This document shows, in pieces, positions 1-32,559 of a stretch of 64,000 bases of DNA. The notes below the pieces were generated by a model that did not search any database, was not told the DNA's origin, and worked only from the letters and a program-made list of their open reading frames with translations. Source of the DNA: Octopus vulgaris. Its lineage: Eukaryota. The stretch lies in the NCBI GenBank assembly GCA_951406725.2, contig OX597830.1:47926001-47990000 (forward strand), written 5' to 3'. The position numbers and the translations under genes are program-made. Within the stretch, counting starts at the first letter, position 1, and the number at the start of each line of letters is the position of its first letter.

Positions 1-911
1 CTATATTTTTTTTGTTAATGTTTAATTTTGTTCAAACATAAAAATCAAAATCAGATAAAAATGGAAAGGAATAGTTTGGGTATATTGGCGGAGGTTGGTG
101 GGTGGGAACAATAGAATTAAATGTTAGATATTTAGTTTGGTGAGAAGGCTGGTTGCCAACTTTTGGAAGAGGAACAGTCTTTTTATAATAAGTGTAAGAT
201 AACATTAAGCAGCCAGACGAGGAGATTGCAGTTAATTTAGAGCCGTTTTCGTTTTCATAGTCTTTTATTTATTCGGTCTTCAAAAGAACAGACCAGAAAT
301 CGAATGAGCTGACTGTGTGCAGCATCCGAGAGCAATTGTGTGTGTGTGTGTGTGCGTGTGTGTGTGCGTGCGTGTGCGTATGTGTGTGTGCGGTTGCGAA
401 TGTTTGCGCTATGTTGACCAGCTCACCCTTCAGCCACCCGCAGATACCATTTATGATTCCGGTGTTATATGATGTGTAGTGAATCTTGCATGCATGAAGT
501 GGATTCGATCCACCACAGCCAAATTTAAATTAACACTGCTACAGAACTTTTCCCACGATGGAACAATGTTTTTTCTCTGACAGCAGTTTTACATCTTCCG
601 GATGCCTTTAGCTAGGCCGAAATAATGTCTTCACCACTTGACCCTTTCTAACCTCTTCTACATCACCAAAAGCTAGAATAGAGATAACAAGACCACCAAC
701 TAAATCTGTTGTTCTCAATGATATATCTATCCTTCTGGTATATATACCATATATATACGTTAAGCTTCACTTAATGTATGTTATGTATTATATATATATA
801 TGTATTTTGTTTTGAATATTTTATTGTAAAATGACGTATTTTTATATATATTTATATTTTCTTATAAGATAATATACGTACATTTATTTAATTATTTTAT
901 TGTTTTTATCT

Positions 912-996
912 TAGACCTGATGAGTAACTATATTTAAATTGAATTGATTTTATTGTTATCAATTTGAAAATATAGCCACGAAACATGTGTAGTGTA
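912..996 (+). ncRNA. Type I hammerhead ribozyme motif (probably from a Penelope-like element)
   Basis: TAGAC-CTGATGA-G[long stem II: GTAACTATATTT AAATTGA...TCAATTT GAAAATATAGCCAC]-GAAAC-ATGT-GTA-GTGTA. Palindromic stem III ACATGT. Stems carry a few mismatches. Confidence 0.7.
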
Positions 997-1157
997 TTTA
1001 CTAATTATATACTATTTATTTATTATTTCGGACTTTATTTAATTCTAGGTAAATGTTTTATCATATCTTCAATTTTTTTCTATATGGTATGATTTAAGTA
1101 TATCATTGTTGAATTGCTACATGGAGGTCTTTCTCTAATTTATATACATGTATCATA

Positions 1158-1158
1158 A

Positions 1159-1227
<69 letters not shown>

Positions 1228-1247
1228 GTGTGTGTGTGTGTATGTAT

Positions 1248-1292
<45 letters not shown>
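1158..1292. repeat. (AT)n/(GT)n microsatellite
   Basis: Direct reading. Confidence 0.97.
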
Positions 1293-1294
<2 letters not shown>

Positions 1295-1539
1295 CTGAAG
1301 GATTGAACTTAAAATTAATCAAAGCACATAATGAGTATGTTTGCCTGCTGGAAATAATAGTAAAAACTCTTATTTAAATCGCCAAAATACACTGATGATA
1401 ACTAAAGAAATCAACCGAAAGCAGATCAGGTTAATAAAATCTAACGTACATTCAAGTATTTGGACTCACACGAACCGGTTTCTGCACTGGCAAAAAATCG
1501 ACTTCGCTTTTTCAGCACTCGTTACCAGCGGTGAACAGA

Positions 1540-2850
1540 AGAAAGAAGAGAATGCAGATAGTGAAACTATGGCATATAGTCTCAAGCAAAATAACACGAA
1601 ACTGAGGCAGAGTGGTTAAAGACACTCAAAGAGTCCAGTGGAAAGTATCAGCAGGAGGATTTGAGAATAACCGAGGGGATGATTAGAGATCAGTGCAGGA
1701 GAATTCCTAACTGGAAAGCCCTTGGCCCAGGTGGGGTTCAGGGCTTTTGGCTTAAAAATTTGACAGCTCTACACAGGAGGATTGCGAGACAGATGGATGA
1801 AATACTGAATGGTGACATCCAAGTACCGGCCTGGACGACAAAAGGAAGAACGGTACTATGCCAGAAGGACCCAAGTAAAGGGAACGTGGTTGGAAATTTC
1901 CGACCAATATCTTGTTTGCAACTGATGTGGAAGCTGATGATGGGCACCATATCAAACAGCATCTATAAATATCTAGATGAGAATGAAAAATGGAACAAAA
2001 AGGGTGTAGACGAAAGAGCAAGGAACGAAGGATCAATTACTAATCGATAAAACTATCCTGGCTGGCTACAAGAAGAGACACAAAAATTTGGCGATGGCAT
2101 GGGTGGACTACAGGGAAGCATGTGACATGGTCCCACACTCATGGATTATTGAATACCTTAAATTACTTAAGCCCTCACACAATATCCTGAAGCTAATAGA
2201 AAACTTATCGACAACGTGGCAAACTGAACACATAGCATGGGGATATAAGCTGGGAGAGGTAAATATCGAAAGGGGAATCTTCCAAGGAGACAGTCTGTCA
2301 CCTCTACTATTTGTTGTCTGCATACTGCCACTAATGAGCGTTTTAAGAAAGATGTGTGTGGAATACATGCTAGGCAGGGTGAAAGTAAACAACCTGTGGT
2401 TTATGGATGACCTAAAGCTATTCGCTAAGACCGAGAAAGAAAGTGAGAGTTTGACAGCAACTATGCAGATGATTAGCAAAGATATTGGCATGGAATTTGG
2501 GATCGAAAAATGTGGTGTAATGATTCTCAAAGAGCCATGGTATGAAGCTGGAAAGTGCTGAAACTATAAAGGAAAACGGAATGGAAGGATATAAGTGCCT
2601 GGGTATCATTGAAAGAGATAAGATGGTTGAACACAAAACGAAAGAAATATCGAGGAAAGAGTATTTGAGAACTCAAATACTTAGATTAGAGCGATTAATA
2701 AGTAGATTGTTACTTTGATAAGATATGGGACAGGAATAGTATCTTGGAAGAAGCATGAGTTACAAGAGATAGACCGGAGAACACACAAATTAACGACAAT
2801 GAACAAGCAACTACACCCCAAGAGTGATGTGACAAGATTGTATGTAAAGT
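1540..2850 (+). mobile_element. Dong/R4-like non-LTR retrotransposon, degraded reverse transcriptase
   Basis: NWKALGPGGVQGFWLK, FRPISCL, GIFQGDSLSPLLF, WFMDDLKL. Frameshifted. Confidence 0.9.
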
Positions 2851-3539
2851 ATTCTGGGTTATTAAGAAATAATGACATGCTACAAAATTATCTCGAAGGT
2901 ACCAGAGCATTTGAAACATCAAAATCAGGGTACCAATAACTGATCTTTGTATTTTAGAGAAAATTAGTACCTTCTTCGTTAGGAATTCTTTCTTATATTC
3001 GTTCAAATCTAATTTCTTTTCTCGTCAGGAATCAAAATATTGGTTGACGTCCCTACAAATACTAAACATTTGAGTATTAGGTAGCATCTTATCATACTCC
3101 AAACAAATACCTTTTTTTTGGTGAACAACTATCTCACATTAATTATTTTTCTCGTTATACAACGAAATTTTTTATTGAATTCTTTAAAAACACACACACA
3201 CACACACACACACATAACTGCAGCTAATTAGATTTGAGGAAAAGCTAAACTGCATTTGTATGCGTTACGAGTTACGTAACCCATTAAGATTAGGTTGGAA
3301 ACATATGTAGCCATCTATGCAAGGAGGTACATGCATAGGTGCTTGCTAACTTTCTTTATCAAGTCTTTTCGGATTGCATTACTCTATTATTATATGTATG
3401 TGTGTGTGTATAAGTAAAAGTGTGTAGCCCCTTTAACATGGCTGTCCGTTCGAGCAGACTCTACAGCGATTTTTTTAACCCTAAGAGGACTACTATAGCT
3501 GGTTAACGATACATAGCTGCATCCGATAAAATTGCGCTC

Positions 3540-4390
3540 GTTCAGTACCATTCTGTCAATCAGGAGTTGGTCTTTTATCCCTCGGCTTTTTCTTCTGTTC
3601 AGGTTCCGTTCCACTGTCAGTTTGTCATTCATTTCCAGGATGTTATACACATAATTAGATATTATTTTATTTCTGTGATCAGCTTCCACATCAAGGAAAG
3701 AGAGGTAAACCCCCACTGCATTGCCTTTGCTGGGATCCTTTTCGCAAAGAATTGTTTTACCTGTGGTCAGCCACTTTGGGATTTGCACACCATTGTTGAT
3801 TTTTGTATCCATTTGCATGATTGTACATCTGTGTAGTGCTGGGAAATTTTTCGGTCAATATCCTCATCCGGACCTGGGTGTTTCCAGTTTGGGACCTTCG
3901 TTGTCTGTTCGGTTACCATTTCAGTCGTTTTTCTAATATTATTCTGTTTCATTTCATATTTTTCCGACCTTAATCCCTTCAACCATTTAGCATCTTTGTT
4001 ATGCTTTCTTCCATTATCCCAGATGTTACTCCAAAACCTTTTACTTTCTTCAGCGTCTGGTCTCTCACTGCTGTTAACCTTTCCATTCAGCTATTGATAG
4101 ATCCTTTCCTTGTTTTGTTGAAACAATCTGTTGATTTTATATTGTTCAATTTTTGGTCATATCTCTTGATCTTTGTCGCTTTAGCCAGCAATCTTTGTTT
4201 CAGCTCTTCAACACCTACATTTAGTCTCTTTTTCTTTATCCTATAACTACGCTCAAGATCCTGATATTTCTCCTCTCTCTTGATTTCACTTTTTTTTCTT
4301 TCCTTCCAAGATGCTGATGTTTTCGCAGTTCGTTCATTGATTGTTTTATTCTTCTTTTCCACCGTGCCTGATTTCTTGTATAAAGACGGG
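3540..4390 (-). mobile_element. Dong/R4-like LINE fragment
   Basis: KVPNWKHPGPD, IPKWLTTGKTILCEKDPSKGN, KDQLLID. Confidence 0.85.
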
Positions 4391-4699
4391 GTCAAATACA
4401 GGATAAAGTGAACAATTTGGTGGGTTTTTTTTCCATGTTTTAAACCAGAATAACTTTTTACCGCTAAGATGAAACTATATAACACTTTATATATTCTGAA
4501 AATACATCTTGATGGCGAGGAGAGATATGTAAAACTACAGTATTTAAAATTACTCTAAATGCCGATTTTCATCCCCTAGGAATGGCTCAAAATTTAAATT
4601 CCCAGTTTTAGGGGTTAGTTCAGAGCTACGGAAATCAACGTGCAACAATTAGTGAAACTTTCAAACCTAAAAATCCTTGGACATCAACCCATTGACTAT

Positions 4700-4741
<42 letters not shown>

Positions 4742-6429
4742 TGATTGGCAAATGAAGCCTCATACTTTTATAAGTCCTTTAGAAATTCAAGGGGTCGAAA
4801 AGAAGAAATCTTTTACTTGTCTCACAAAGATGATTCATGGAACAATCATAAAAGTGTTTTTAAACTGTATTATCTCTCCAAAGCTGAAGAAAATTTAAGA
4901 AAACTTGTAAAAAGCCAGAAATAACGTAAAACAGCTAAATATCATGGAAGTAAAGTGTTATAAATTCATTTGAAGACTGAAGCAAGGAAAGAATTTCTTT
5001 AACGATTGCCAATTTCGATAGCCTTCATCAAAACTATAAAAGCATCGATTTTTCACTGGAAGCGGACGAAATATTTGTTCCTGTTGTAGTTGTTGTTCCC
5101 GGGGAGAGCTAACTGTTAAAGTATTTGTTTGGACACAGAATTCAAACTCGTGTTTCTTGTTATAAAAAGCAGACCATGCACTGACTTTAAATTCGTGGTT
5201 CTTTGTATTTGGAGAGGAAAGGGCGATTCGTCACCTTCAACAGTAGTTAATGGTAAATGGTAAGCAGCTTAGAGTATCAGAAAAAGGAAAACTTTACGGT
5301 ATATGCTTCGGCTGCTTATGTTCTGAGTTGAAATCCCGCTGAGGTCAGCTTTGCCTTTCAACCCTCAAGGACCGATAAAATAAAATACCAGTCATGTACC
5401 GAGGTCAATAGTATCAACTTAATCCCTTCCCTTAATACAGAAGTCTTTTTTTTTTGGTCAGTGAATAGGAATAATGTATAATGTCCGACATTTCGCGTTC
5501 TTCATTTCTGGTCCATGTGATACACCTAAATACATTTCCTTTCATATCGCACATCCGAAACCAGAGTGATGGTCCAACAAGCTACGTTGCAATATAACAG
5601 GCAAAGAATGCTGTTCACAACACAACAAGTCTTGAGGATTCAAACTGACCAACTCTCATTTAGTTCACTTCACCGCTTTGATCATGCACTCAACTCTGTC
5701 TGTTCGCTCTCCCAACAACAGCAATTTTAGGATTCTCGCGCCAGTCATTTTATTTCGTATAGAAACCAACCTAGAGACGTTTAAACTAAGATCCACTGGA
5801 GTCATCTCACACTTTATAAAGTTTTTAAAAACATTTCTTAAAATCTGAGAATTCAACTCAATCAAATACTGGAGAGAATATGAACACGTATCCATATTCT
5901 CTTTTAAAAAATAATTTAAAAGAAAATAATTATTTTAAAATTTGACAAAGATTTCGTTAAGCATGTAAAGATAAAGGAAACATTTTGGGAACACTATTAA
6001 TTACCATCAGTTATGTCCCTTCGAGGAGCTATATGTCACTACTTCAACAAGGGAAATGACTCTTGCATTACTAACAAGGGAGGTAATCCAGATCTAGTCT
6101 CCCCTCCCCCCAATTGTGCTTTTGATCTTTGTCACAATGGAGTTTCTGTACAAATCGTTAAGTATAAAAAAAGATTCGAAATTAACATTCTCCTAAACAA
6201 TATAAATAAAGGCATGAATGATGTTAGAAGACCAGGTAGTTTCACTGTTGGCAACATTCCAGCAGATACTATATTGCCTGCCAGCCAAACTAAAACAACA
6301 GACCATTGTCCCTCTACTACGTCCATGGTAAATAGAAGGCAGAACCTCAACGGTCATTGTATCAGTAGTCTGGTTTATATATTGTTGAAATATGTCCTTA
6401 ACAAAATTTTTTAAGGAAAAATAACTTTG

Positions 6430-7690
6430 ACTTTGAAGTTCTCCCTCGAAGAGAGCGTATTAGCAACCAGAGAATGCAAAAACTGACAGACATTGTATTA
6501 AAAGGTGAGTAGTAGTTACATGAGTATAAGGAAGCGTCATTCAGGCAGATTAACGCCTGTCTCGGAACCCTGTCTGTTGCTGCAGGGCAGTACAAGAACG
6601 GCACTCAAAAGGGAAACAAAATCGAAACAACAAAGAACATGTTATCATGGGGTTTAAAGTCAGAGAGAAAAATCGATGGTTCACGGAAAGCCATCAACCG
6701 TGTGATGATGCTTATTGCTTGCAAAAAAGCAAATACCTAAACGTCTCAACGACAAAAAGTGAAGGAGATAAGAGTGATGTTTGGAGACGGCAAAAAGAAG
6801 AGACGCGCTTGCAAACTGATCCCCCTCAAGCAGGAGCTAAAAGCTGTGAGCGAGAAACTCCGACATCGGAGGAGAATAACCGAGAGAAGAACAATAAACA
6901 GTAAATGTTACCGGAACCATGCAGCTGTGTATGGAGGCATGAGAGAAAAAGCAGTGAGTATTACAGAAGCTCCTTCACGAGAAGATATGGACTCCTTCTT
7001 GAGTAAAATCCTGAGCAAAGAGATGAAGTTTAACAGAGTTGTTCTGTGACTGGAAAAATATTCAAAGTAATTATTGTCCCTGAATTACAACCAAAACATA
7101 CAGCATTGATGGGGATACCCTTGTGACTGTAATCCAGACTCTTCAGGGTAGAAAAGCACCTGGAAATTATTGGATACTGGTACAAGAAGCTAACCTTCTA
7201 CTGACCATATCTTATCAACCTGTACCAGTAAACTCTCAATGGGAACAGTAGCCTACCACACTGGTTAGTTCTGGCGAAGATAAAACTGATCCGTAAAAGC
7301 AGAACTATCCAGATGGCAAACAAAATCCCCCCCAAATAACAAAAAAAAAAAAAACACCGGAAAATTGCATGCCCGAATTTAATGAATAAAATATATACAA
7401 CATGTTTAAACTCTTTCTCGAAGACCATTGTGAAAGTAATAAAATCATCTCATGAGAACAAGCAGCTGAAAGGAAGAGAGTCTGGGGATGTGCCGAGCAA
7501 TTGTTAATACACAACACTGTAATGTCAGAGGTGCGGAAGCATACAAAGAACCTAGTTTAAATGTGGCTTGACTACAAGAAAACTTTTGTATCTGTTCCTC
7601 TGTCGTGGATGCTAGAAGCCCTTCGACTTGCTAAAGTTCCACTGAGCATAGTCAAAATCATAGTTGATCTGATTTCATCACTGACCTGAA
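6430..7690 (+). mobile_element. Dong/R4-like LINE fragment (pre-RT and RT N-terminus)
   Basis: LKQELKAVSEKLR, WGCAEQLLI, MWLDYKKTFVSVPLSWMLEAL across broken frames. Confidence 0.8.
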
Positions 7691-7749
7691 TTCATCGTAG
7701 TAAAAACGGAAACATTTGCAGATTTTACCTGCAAGAGAACTTCTGGTGT

Positions 7750-10700
7750 GGCGATGATGGTGCAAAGAGCCCTACCCAAAGACAATATGCAGATGTAGTG
7801 TTTACCCCAACAGATAGTCAGCCTCATTCAGATGTGAAAAAGGCAGGAGCTAAACAATAATTCATTTTGTGCTTGGCACAAAAACTTTTCCTGCAGCTGA
7901 CCTGGCTTCAAGCACAAACTTGGAACCACACTGCCCACCACACAAGGCCACCACAGACAATAGATACAGGTTGGCCACCAATAACATCAACTCAAACGTC
8001 GCATAAATATTTCTTTTGAACATCCGAGGTCTGTTGCACCACAGCTGCAAAACAAAATCTCTTTCCCGAGAGACCGTGCTACATGCAATCAAACCCCACG
8101 CATAGCACTTGTGGAAACGCCTCTTAGACTTGGTATATGGGGTGCAGAACTACATATGTCAAAATATGTTGTAATACGCTCAGACAGAAAATAAAGGAGC
8201 CATGGTTGAGTTGCTGTGTACATCCGAGAGAAACTCACGTTCCCGGTCCTGCTGTCATATTCAAATTCAGCGTGTGACACTCAAATTATACACACGAGAC
8301 AACTTAATATTGCTATATGTACTACATATCGGCCACCGGATGTTCCATATCATACGGGTAAATTTGAAGACTGCCTGGCAAAGATAGAAGTTCTCACGAA
8401 ACTGGAGCAGCACATCAATGTATTCCTTTTGGGTGACTTTAACTTCCCGAGGGTCAGATGCTTTCAGGAATGACACACCACTAAAAAGCACAGGTAGAGT
8501 CCCTGCCCCACTTTATCAATGCTCCACTCATGGATCAAATTGTTCTGCAACCGACCTCAGCAATAATATACTGGATCCCTGATTCACAAACGATTGGACA
8601 TCGGTCTATAATGTGAAAGTGACACCGACACTAGTCTTGGATCACAACATAATAGAGCTGTCTAAGTATGGACCAAAATTCCCTGTAGACATAGAACCTA
8701 TACGAGGCACCCGAAATCTCTCCAATTTGAACTTTCATAAAGTAAACTGGAAACTGATTATGAAAGAGATCCTCAAACAGGATTGGCTAAACTATATCTG
8801 CACACCAGACACTGACATGAAACACAAACATTTCATGTCCATAATGTGAGCCATATGTGACAAATCTGTCTCAGAGCACAAGGCCAACATACACTAAACA
8901 AGACGCTTAGGAAGAGGAGAATTCTTATTAGACGACGGACAAAGATTGCGAACCACCTGAACAAGCACCCAAATGTAGTGAAGAGTCCCGCCTGAAGAGA
9001 GCGCTGTTGTCGATTGGGAAAAGTCAGCATCAGTTTTATGAAAAAGAGAGAGCAGCTAAGGAGTTATAGAAAATATTAAATCGAACCTTAAGGCTTTCTT
9101 TAACTTTGCCAAAGAAATAGCCTCAGTACGTTACAAGATAGGGCCCTCTCTTCCAAAAAGATGGCTCATTCATAGGAAACCCAATGAGGATAAGTGAAAT
9201 ACTGAACGAACAGTTCCAAAGTGTGTGTACGCCTCCTCTAGGACACAGGCAAATGAACGAACCACCAAATTTCTTTGCCACTTTATCTGTAATGAAAGAG
9301 GAGAATATTAGTTACATCAGCATTAAAGAAGATGTAACACTGGCCATATATGACGTACACAAAACTCAGGTGTTGGCTCTGATGGATTCTCAGCAATCTT
9401 TATCAAATCATGCAGACGAGTCCTTGCAAAATCACTGCAGATTCTTATTCAGAGCTCTCTTGCAAGTGGTACGCTTCCAAACAAACTGAAGGAAGGGATA
9501 ATATGCTCCATCCACAAAAGAGGAAGCAGAGCAGATGATAAAAATCATAGGCCTATCTGTCTGACCTCACACATGAGCAAAGTCATAGAACGAATAGTCA
9601 GCAAGGAACTAATTGCGTTGCGTTCGTTGAAGAGAATGATATGCTGACTGACACCCAGTACGGATTTCAACAAGGGAGAAGCTGCCTGATACAGCTCTTA
9701 CAACTGAGTGTTAAAGCAGCAGCTCAACGACTCAAGTGTAGCTGTGATATATCTCGACTTTGCAAAAGCCTTTGATAAAGTTGACCGTAGTATGATACGT
9801 TACAGACTGCGTGATCTCAGTGTCGTCGGAAAGCTGGAGAGTGGCTGCATGACTTTAGAAAAGATAGATGTCAAGCAGTGGTGGCCAATGGAGCCACCTC
9901 AAAAGAAATGTAAATAGTAAGTGGTGTTACACAGGATACTGTCTTAGGACCACTGCTATTTATAGTGGTCTTCTCAGACACGCCCTCAACTGCTCAGATA
10001 AGCCAATCTCACTAGCTATGCAGATGACAAGCCTCTCAGACAATTCTGCGCATTTGCAACGAGAACTTGACGCAATATACAGGTAGGCTGAGAACAACAT
10101 GCAGTTTAATAATTGAAAATTCCAAGCTCTGAGCTACCAGCATACAAAGCTGAAAGACATGCAAATAAAATACTCTGGTCCTGGAGGAATCGCAGTCCCT
10201 GAATTAAAATCAATGGTGATCTGAGCATTGACATGTCTTTCCAGGTGCTTTTTACTAATTTGGTAAGAAAATTCAGACGGGTAGGTGGATGGATCCTCCG
10301 AACTTTCAGAACGAGAGAAAAGGAAACTATGGTGGTCTTTTGGAAGACATATGTCCTCAGCTTCTTGGACTATTGCTCCAAAATATGACCACTACACAGT
10401 ATAAAATTAACAGTGGAACTCGAAGCAATCCACCGAATCTACACAAACAAAATCGTCTCAAAGCAACGTACCAACTACTGGGAAACTCTAAAAGAGTTAT
10501 GACTGTTTTCCTTTCAACGAAGGCGGGAAAGATATGCTGGGATATATATCTGGAAAATTCTGGAAGGCCTTGCACTGTGGCATTGAAAGTTACACAAATA
10601 GCAAAACAGGGCACCACTGCAGAGTGCCAAAGATCCCACCATTACCATCAAAATAAGGACCAGATACAGCAACAGCTTCGGTTTCAATGGCTCACAGCTC

Positions 10701-10930
10701 TTCAATATCCTTCCAAAATGCCCAAGAGACCGGCATGGTTTGGATGTAGGTGTATTCATAACGAAACTGGATCTCCTCCTGTCAAGGGTTCCAGATATGC
10801 CTACCTCACGGCAGGAAACACAGATGAGGGCAGCAGCATCAAACTCCCTCATTCACCAAATGCCACGTATCAGACAGGTTTCACATAATGAAGGCGTAGC
10901 AGAGTCAACGGTGGTGTCCCAGCATGGAGG
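7750..10930 (+). mobile_element. CR1-group (APE + RT) LINE, nearly full ORF2, degraded
   Basis: Endonuclease motifs YRPP, LLGDFNFP, DHNII. RT motifs YLDFAKAFDKV, TVLGPLLF, YADD. Many stops and frameshifts. Confidence 0.9.
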
Positions 10931-11692
10931 CAATTTTAAAGCTAAAACGAGTTAAAGAGTTCAATAGCTATGTATAACCCTCCAAAAATCAGAACTTATC
11001 GAGCTGCTGTATTGATGAACGAATTTCTATTGAATTTTGTTTTACGTGTTATTTATTTCGGATTTCGTTTAACCTCCACCGACATTATATGCAAAATAAG
11101 TTGCTGAAATACAAAATTTTGTCTTAAGAGAAAACAAAGATTTTTATTTTAAATTGGCTTTGTAAACTTTGATAAAATTCGTTTAGACTTGCAAGAGACC
11201 AGAGCTGAAACTCAAATTAGCAATCATGTTACCTAAGATTTTTGGTGCTTTCTTACATTGGAAGAGACGTACAATAATTCTCGTGAAATGTTTACCATAT
11301 TCTTCAGAAAACCTTTCGATGCTATCTTCATCATTATTTTTAGGTTGAATTGCAAATTCTTTCACTTCTCAAAAGAAATCAGCCAAATGCAAGCTTTTTA
11401 TGTGGTATAATATTTAGATTATGGGTAAGAAGTGTTACAATTCGGTTCAACTGCTTGTGGTATTTAGATAAGACCCATTACGTTTTGTAACAAAATGCTG
11501 TCCAGGTTAATTTAGTGTTTCATTCTTTGAAGGTCGATAAAATAACACACAATTGCTTCATGGGTACTCAAGTAAATTTAATAATCTTATAAACTTTCAA
11601 ATGTGTGAATGGATTTCTAAGAGAAGGCTAAAAAGGAAAAAACGTTAGCAATAAAAATAAATCAACAAAAGAAATAACTGAATTAAATTGAT

Positions 11693-11698
11693 TTTATT
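11693..11698 (-). terminator. Polyadenylation signal AATAAA of gene A
   Basis: About 110 nt after the stop, followed by T-rich sequence. Conserved in B. Confidence 0.55.
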
Positions 11699-11809
11699 CA
11701 CAAAGAAATACACATTTTATCTTATATAATTATTATTAGCAAACGTAATCCGTTGAAGTCTTGCTTACATTTCATTGAGAAGTAATTTTGGGGTGAATTC
11801 CATTGAAGT

Positions 11810-29616
<17,807 letters not shown>

Positions 29617-29779
29617 CCTGTCTGTTTTCTAGGTAGAAATGGCTGTCAAGAGCAAGATGTTACTTGTTTGAATTTATCTTCTTAATGAAGTATAATCATT
29701 AGATGAACTTCGTATCGATTTATCACTATTAGCTGGCATTGTATTCCACAAGTGAAGTGTTTGTATCTATTCAATACAC

Positions 29780-29785
29780 TTTATA
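29780..29785 (-). promoter_or_regulatory. Candidate TATA box of gene A (homologue at 54923-54928 for gene B)
   Basis: TATAAA about 165 nt upstream of the ATG in both copies. Weak evidence in AT-rich DNA, and the 5' UTR may be spliced. Confidence 0.3.
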
Positions 29786-31344
29786 AAGATACTCCGGGTG
29801 AAAAGGTACCGACTTAACGATTGAGAGGGCATAAGATCACCAGATGATACATATAAATATATATATGTGTGTATGTGTGTGTGCGTGCCGGTCTGTGTGT
29901 ATGTATGTGCATGTACGTGTGTGTATGTGTGTGTGCTTTTGCCTGTGTATGCGTATGCATGTTTATACTACTACACAAAAATACCAACTTTATCAAAAAC
30001 AATTAAAGCAACCATTAATAAATTTCGTATCTAAAGACTTTGCCGTTTTTCATTCTTTTAAAAATTCCAATAATTCTTAAATGTGACATTTCCCGCTGTG
30101 AGTTGAAACTAAAGGGTCGCACTCATTTATAAAGTATATTTCCACTTCCGTTATTAAAATAATGACAGCTATTTCATGCCAACTTATATCGTACAACATC
30201 AGCTGTTTTAAGATCGTCAAAAAATGCGAGCTCCTTCAACATGTAACAAGTACAACCTCAGATAAAACATTTCTTCTTGCTTTGGACTCGGAAACTAAAG
30301 TCTTGAAATAATTCTCTCTTCTCATCTCTCGTGTACTTTCCAAACAGTCATCCCTTTGTCACACACATAATGATAAGGAATATCAATATGCAACCGGCGT
30401 CTTGTATTTCTGTATCATTTACTAAGGACAAACCATGATGGTAGAGGCGTGTTACGACGGGCAGCTCTTCTCTCTCTCTAACGCTTCTTTCTCATTACTT
30501 TCTCTGTAAAAGACAGATTCTTGCTGTTGCACTGGCAGCGAGTATAACAGCATGGGGTCTGTTATATATTTTCATCATGTACAACTTCAACGTCCATCTT
30601 CCTTTTACTTATATTAAATTTAATGTTTTTGTGGCTTACAGGCAACAATAGAAACTAACCCGAAAGGTCAACCGACCACCTCTAAGCATTTGAATTTTCG
30701 AATTGAGATGTTGATAAAAAGATAGGAAAATCGAAAGTGTTGGCATTGACAACTTTCAAAATATATGGTGTTTTCATTTGACGTAATGCACAGAGAAATC
30801 ACGCCGGCATTCAACAGTTTCGAACAATCTAGACCAAATTCTTAGCTTCTTATTAGAAGTAGAATAATGATCCAAAACAAAAGATTAATAGACGACTCAT
30901 CAACATTCATTAAATACTACAGAACATATCCGATATCCAACGACCATATATTCACGAATGAGAGTTTAGTTTAGGAATATTGATTGTTAGGTATTATGTG
31001 GGTCAAAGTTAGTTAAATGAAAGCCTTGTAACTAACAACACTGTTGATCATAAAATCTCTATGAAGTGAATAATAAATAGCCTTCTTAATTGATTAATAT
31101 CGTCAATTAATCAATGAATATCTGTTAAATGTAAGAAAAAAAAAAACAGTCAATATCTGTTAATTGCAAATACAAAGACAGAGTCAATCCTGGGTTTATA
31201 CCATACCATTGTAAAAGAATATATTGAACAGAGGACGTTTAACATTATTGATATCGCCTAAGTGTATCTCGGAGTTGTAAACAAGGTTACACCAGAACAG
31301 GATACTGCAAAACAGGTGAACACTCTTTAATATATTGTAGTAAT

Positions 31345-31565
31345 AAGGTGACGAGCTGGCAGAGTCGGCAGTGTGATGGACAAAATACTTCGCGGCATTT
31401 CGTTCGTCTCTACGTTCTGAGTTCAAATTCCACCAAGGTCGACTTCGGCCTTTATCGTTTTTGGGAATCGATAAAAATAAGTCCCAGTTGAACACGGGGA
31501 TTCATGTAGTCGATTTACCTCCTACTCCTCCGAAATTGCTGGGCTTGTGCCACAATTTGAAACCA
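31345..31565 (+). mobile_element. tRNA-derived SINE
   Basis: A-box-like GAGCTGGCAGA, B-box GAGTTCAAATTC, core GGTCGACTT...GATAAA shared with other copies in the window. Confidence 0.8.
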
Positions 31566-31736
31566 ATATACCTTAGTGACAATGGCAGCGAATGGATAGA
31601 AAACGATGAGTTAATGCCCGTTATCACATTCCTCTACGTCTGCATTTCAAATTTGGTCGAACTCGATTTTATCATTTATCCCAGCAGAGTCGATAAAATA
31701 AGAATCAGTGATACAGTTCAAACGGCTGTTGCCAGT

Positions 31737-32145
31737 TCATGCATGCATGCATGTATGTATGTATGTATGTATGTATGTATGTATGTATGTATGTATGTAT
31801 GTATGTATGTATGTATGTGTGTATGTATACATGTATGTATGCATATATGTATGCATGTATGCATGTATGCATGTATGTATGTATGTATGTATGCATGTAT
31901 GTATGCATGTATGTATGTATACATGTATGTATGCATATATGTATGCATGTATGCATGTATGCATGTATGTATGTATGTATGTATGTATGTATGTATGTAT
32001 GTATGCTTGTATGTATGTATGCATGTATGTATGCTTGTATGTATGTATGTATGTATGTATGTATGTATTATGCATGTATGTATGCATGTATGAATGAATG
32101 TATGTATGTATATATGTATGTAGGTACGTATGTGTGTATGTATGT
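31737..32145. repeat. (TATG/CATG)n microsatellite
   Basis: Direct reading. Confidence 0.97.
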
Positions 32146-32229
32146 CCTTTCTGTATTTAATCATTTAAATTCATCCCCTGAAAAAGGAACTTGTTTCTAA
32201 CAAATTGACAAAGCTCCATGTTGGAATGT

Positions 32230-32545
32230 AGATAACGAAAGCAATGCCGCATTTTAAACCTGAGAAATGTCTTGCATAGTTTCGCTGTTCCGTTTATAGA
32301 TTGTATTCGTAAAGTGTCAATCAATCTGTTGGTTTCTTTTTCTGAAAATCTAAGCTTATCCAGACTGACAGATAAGTATTCATTTTCGAAAATCAAGTGC
32401 TCCCGTTATTATTGGGATAAATGTAAATTTGTTATCCGGATATACAAGTTGGAGGTTTCGGAGCAGTTGTCCATAGTTATCTTCTTTCTCTTTAATTTTC
32501 AAAGAGATATTCACATAAGCAGGACGGCTAACCTCTACCGAACTG
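32230..32545 (-). mobile_element. Dong/R4-like LINE 3' end (restriction-like endonuclease)
   Basis: KEKEDNYGQLLRNLQ...FIPIITGAL, QSINGTAKLCKTFL. Confidence 0.75.
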
Positions 32546-32559
32546 AGACCACCTCTACC

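Noticed and set aside
4677-4898. Poly-Q ORF
   Set aside because: A (CAG)n microsatellite with no splice or domain support.
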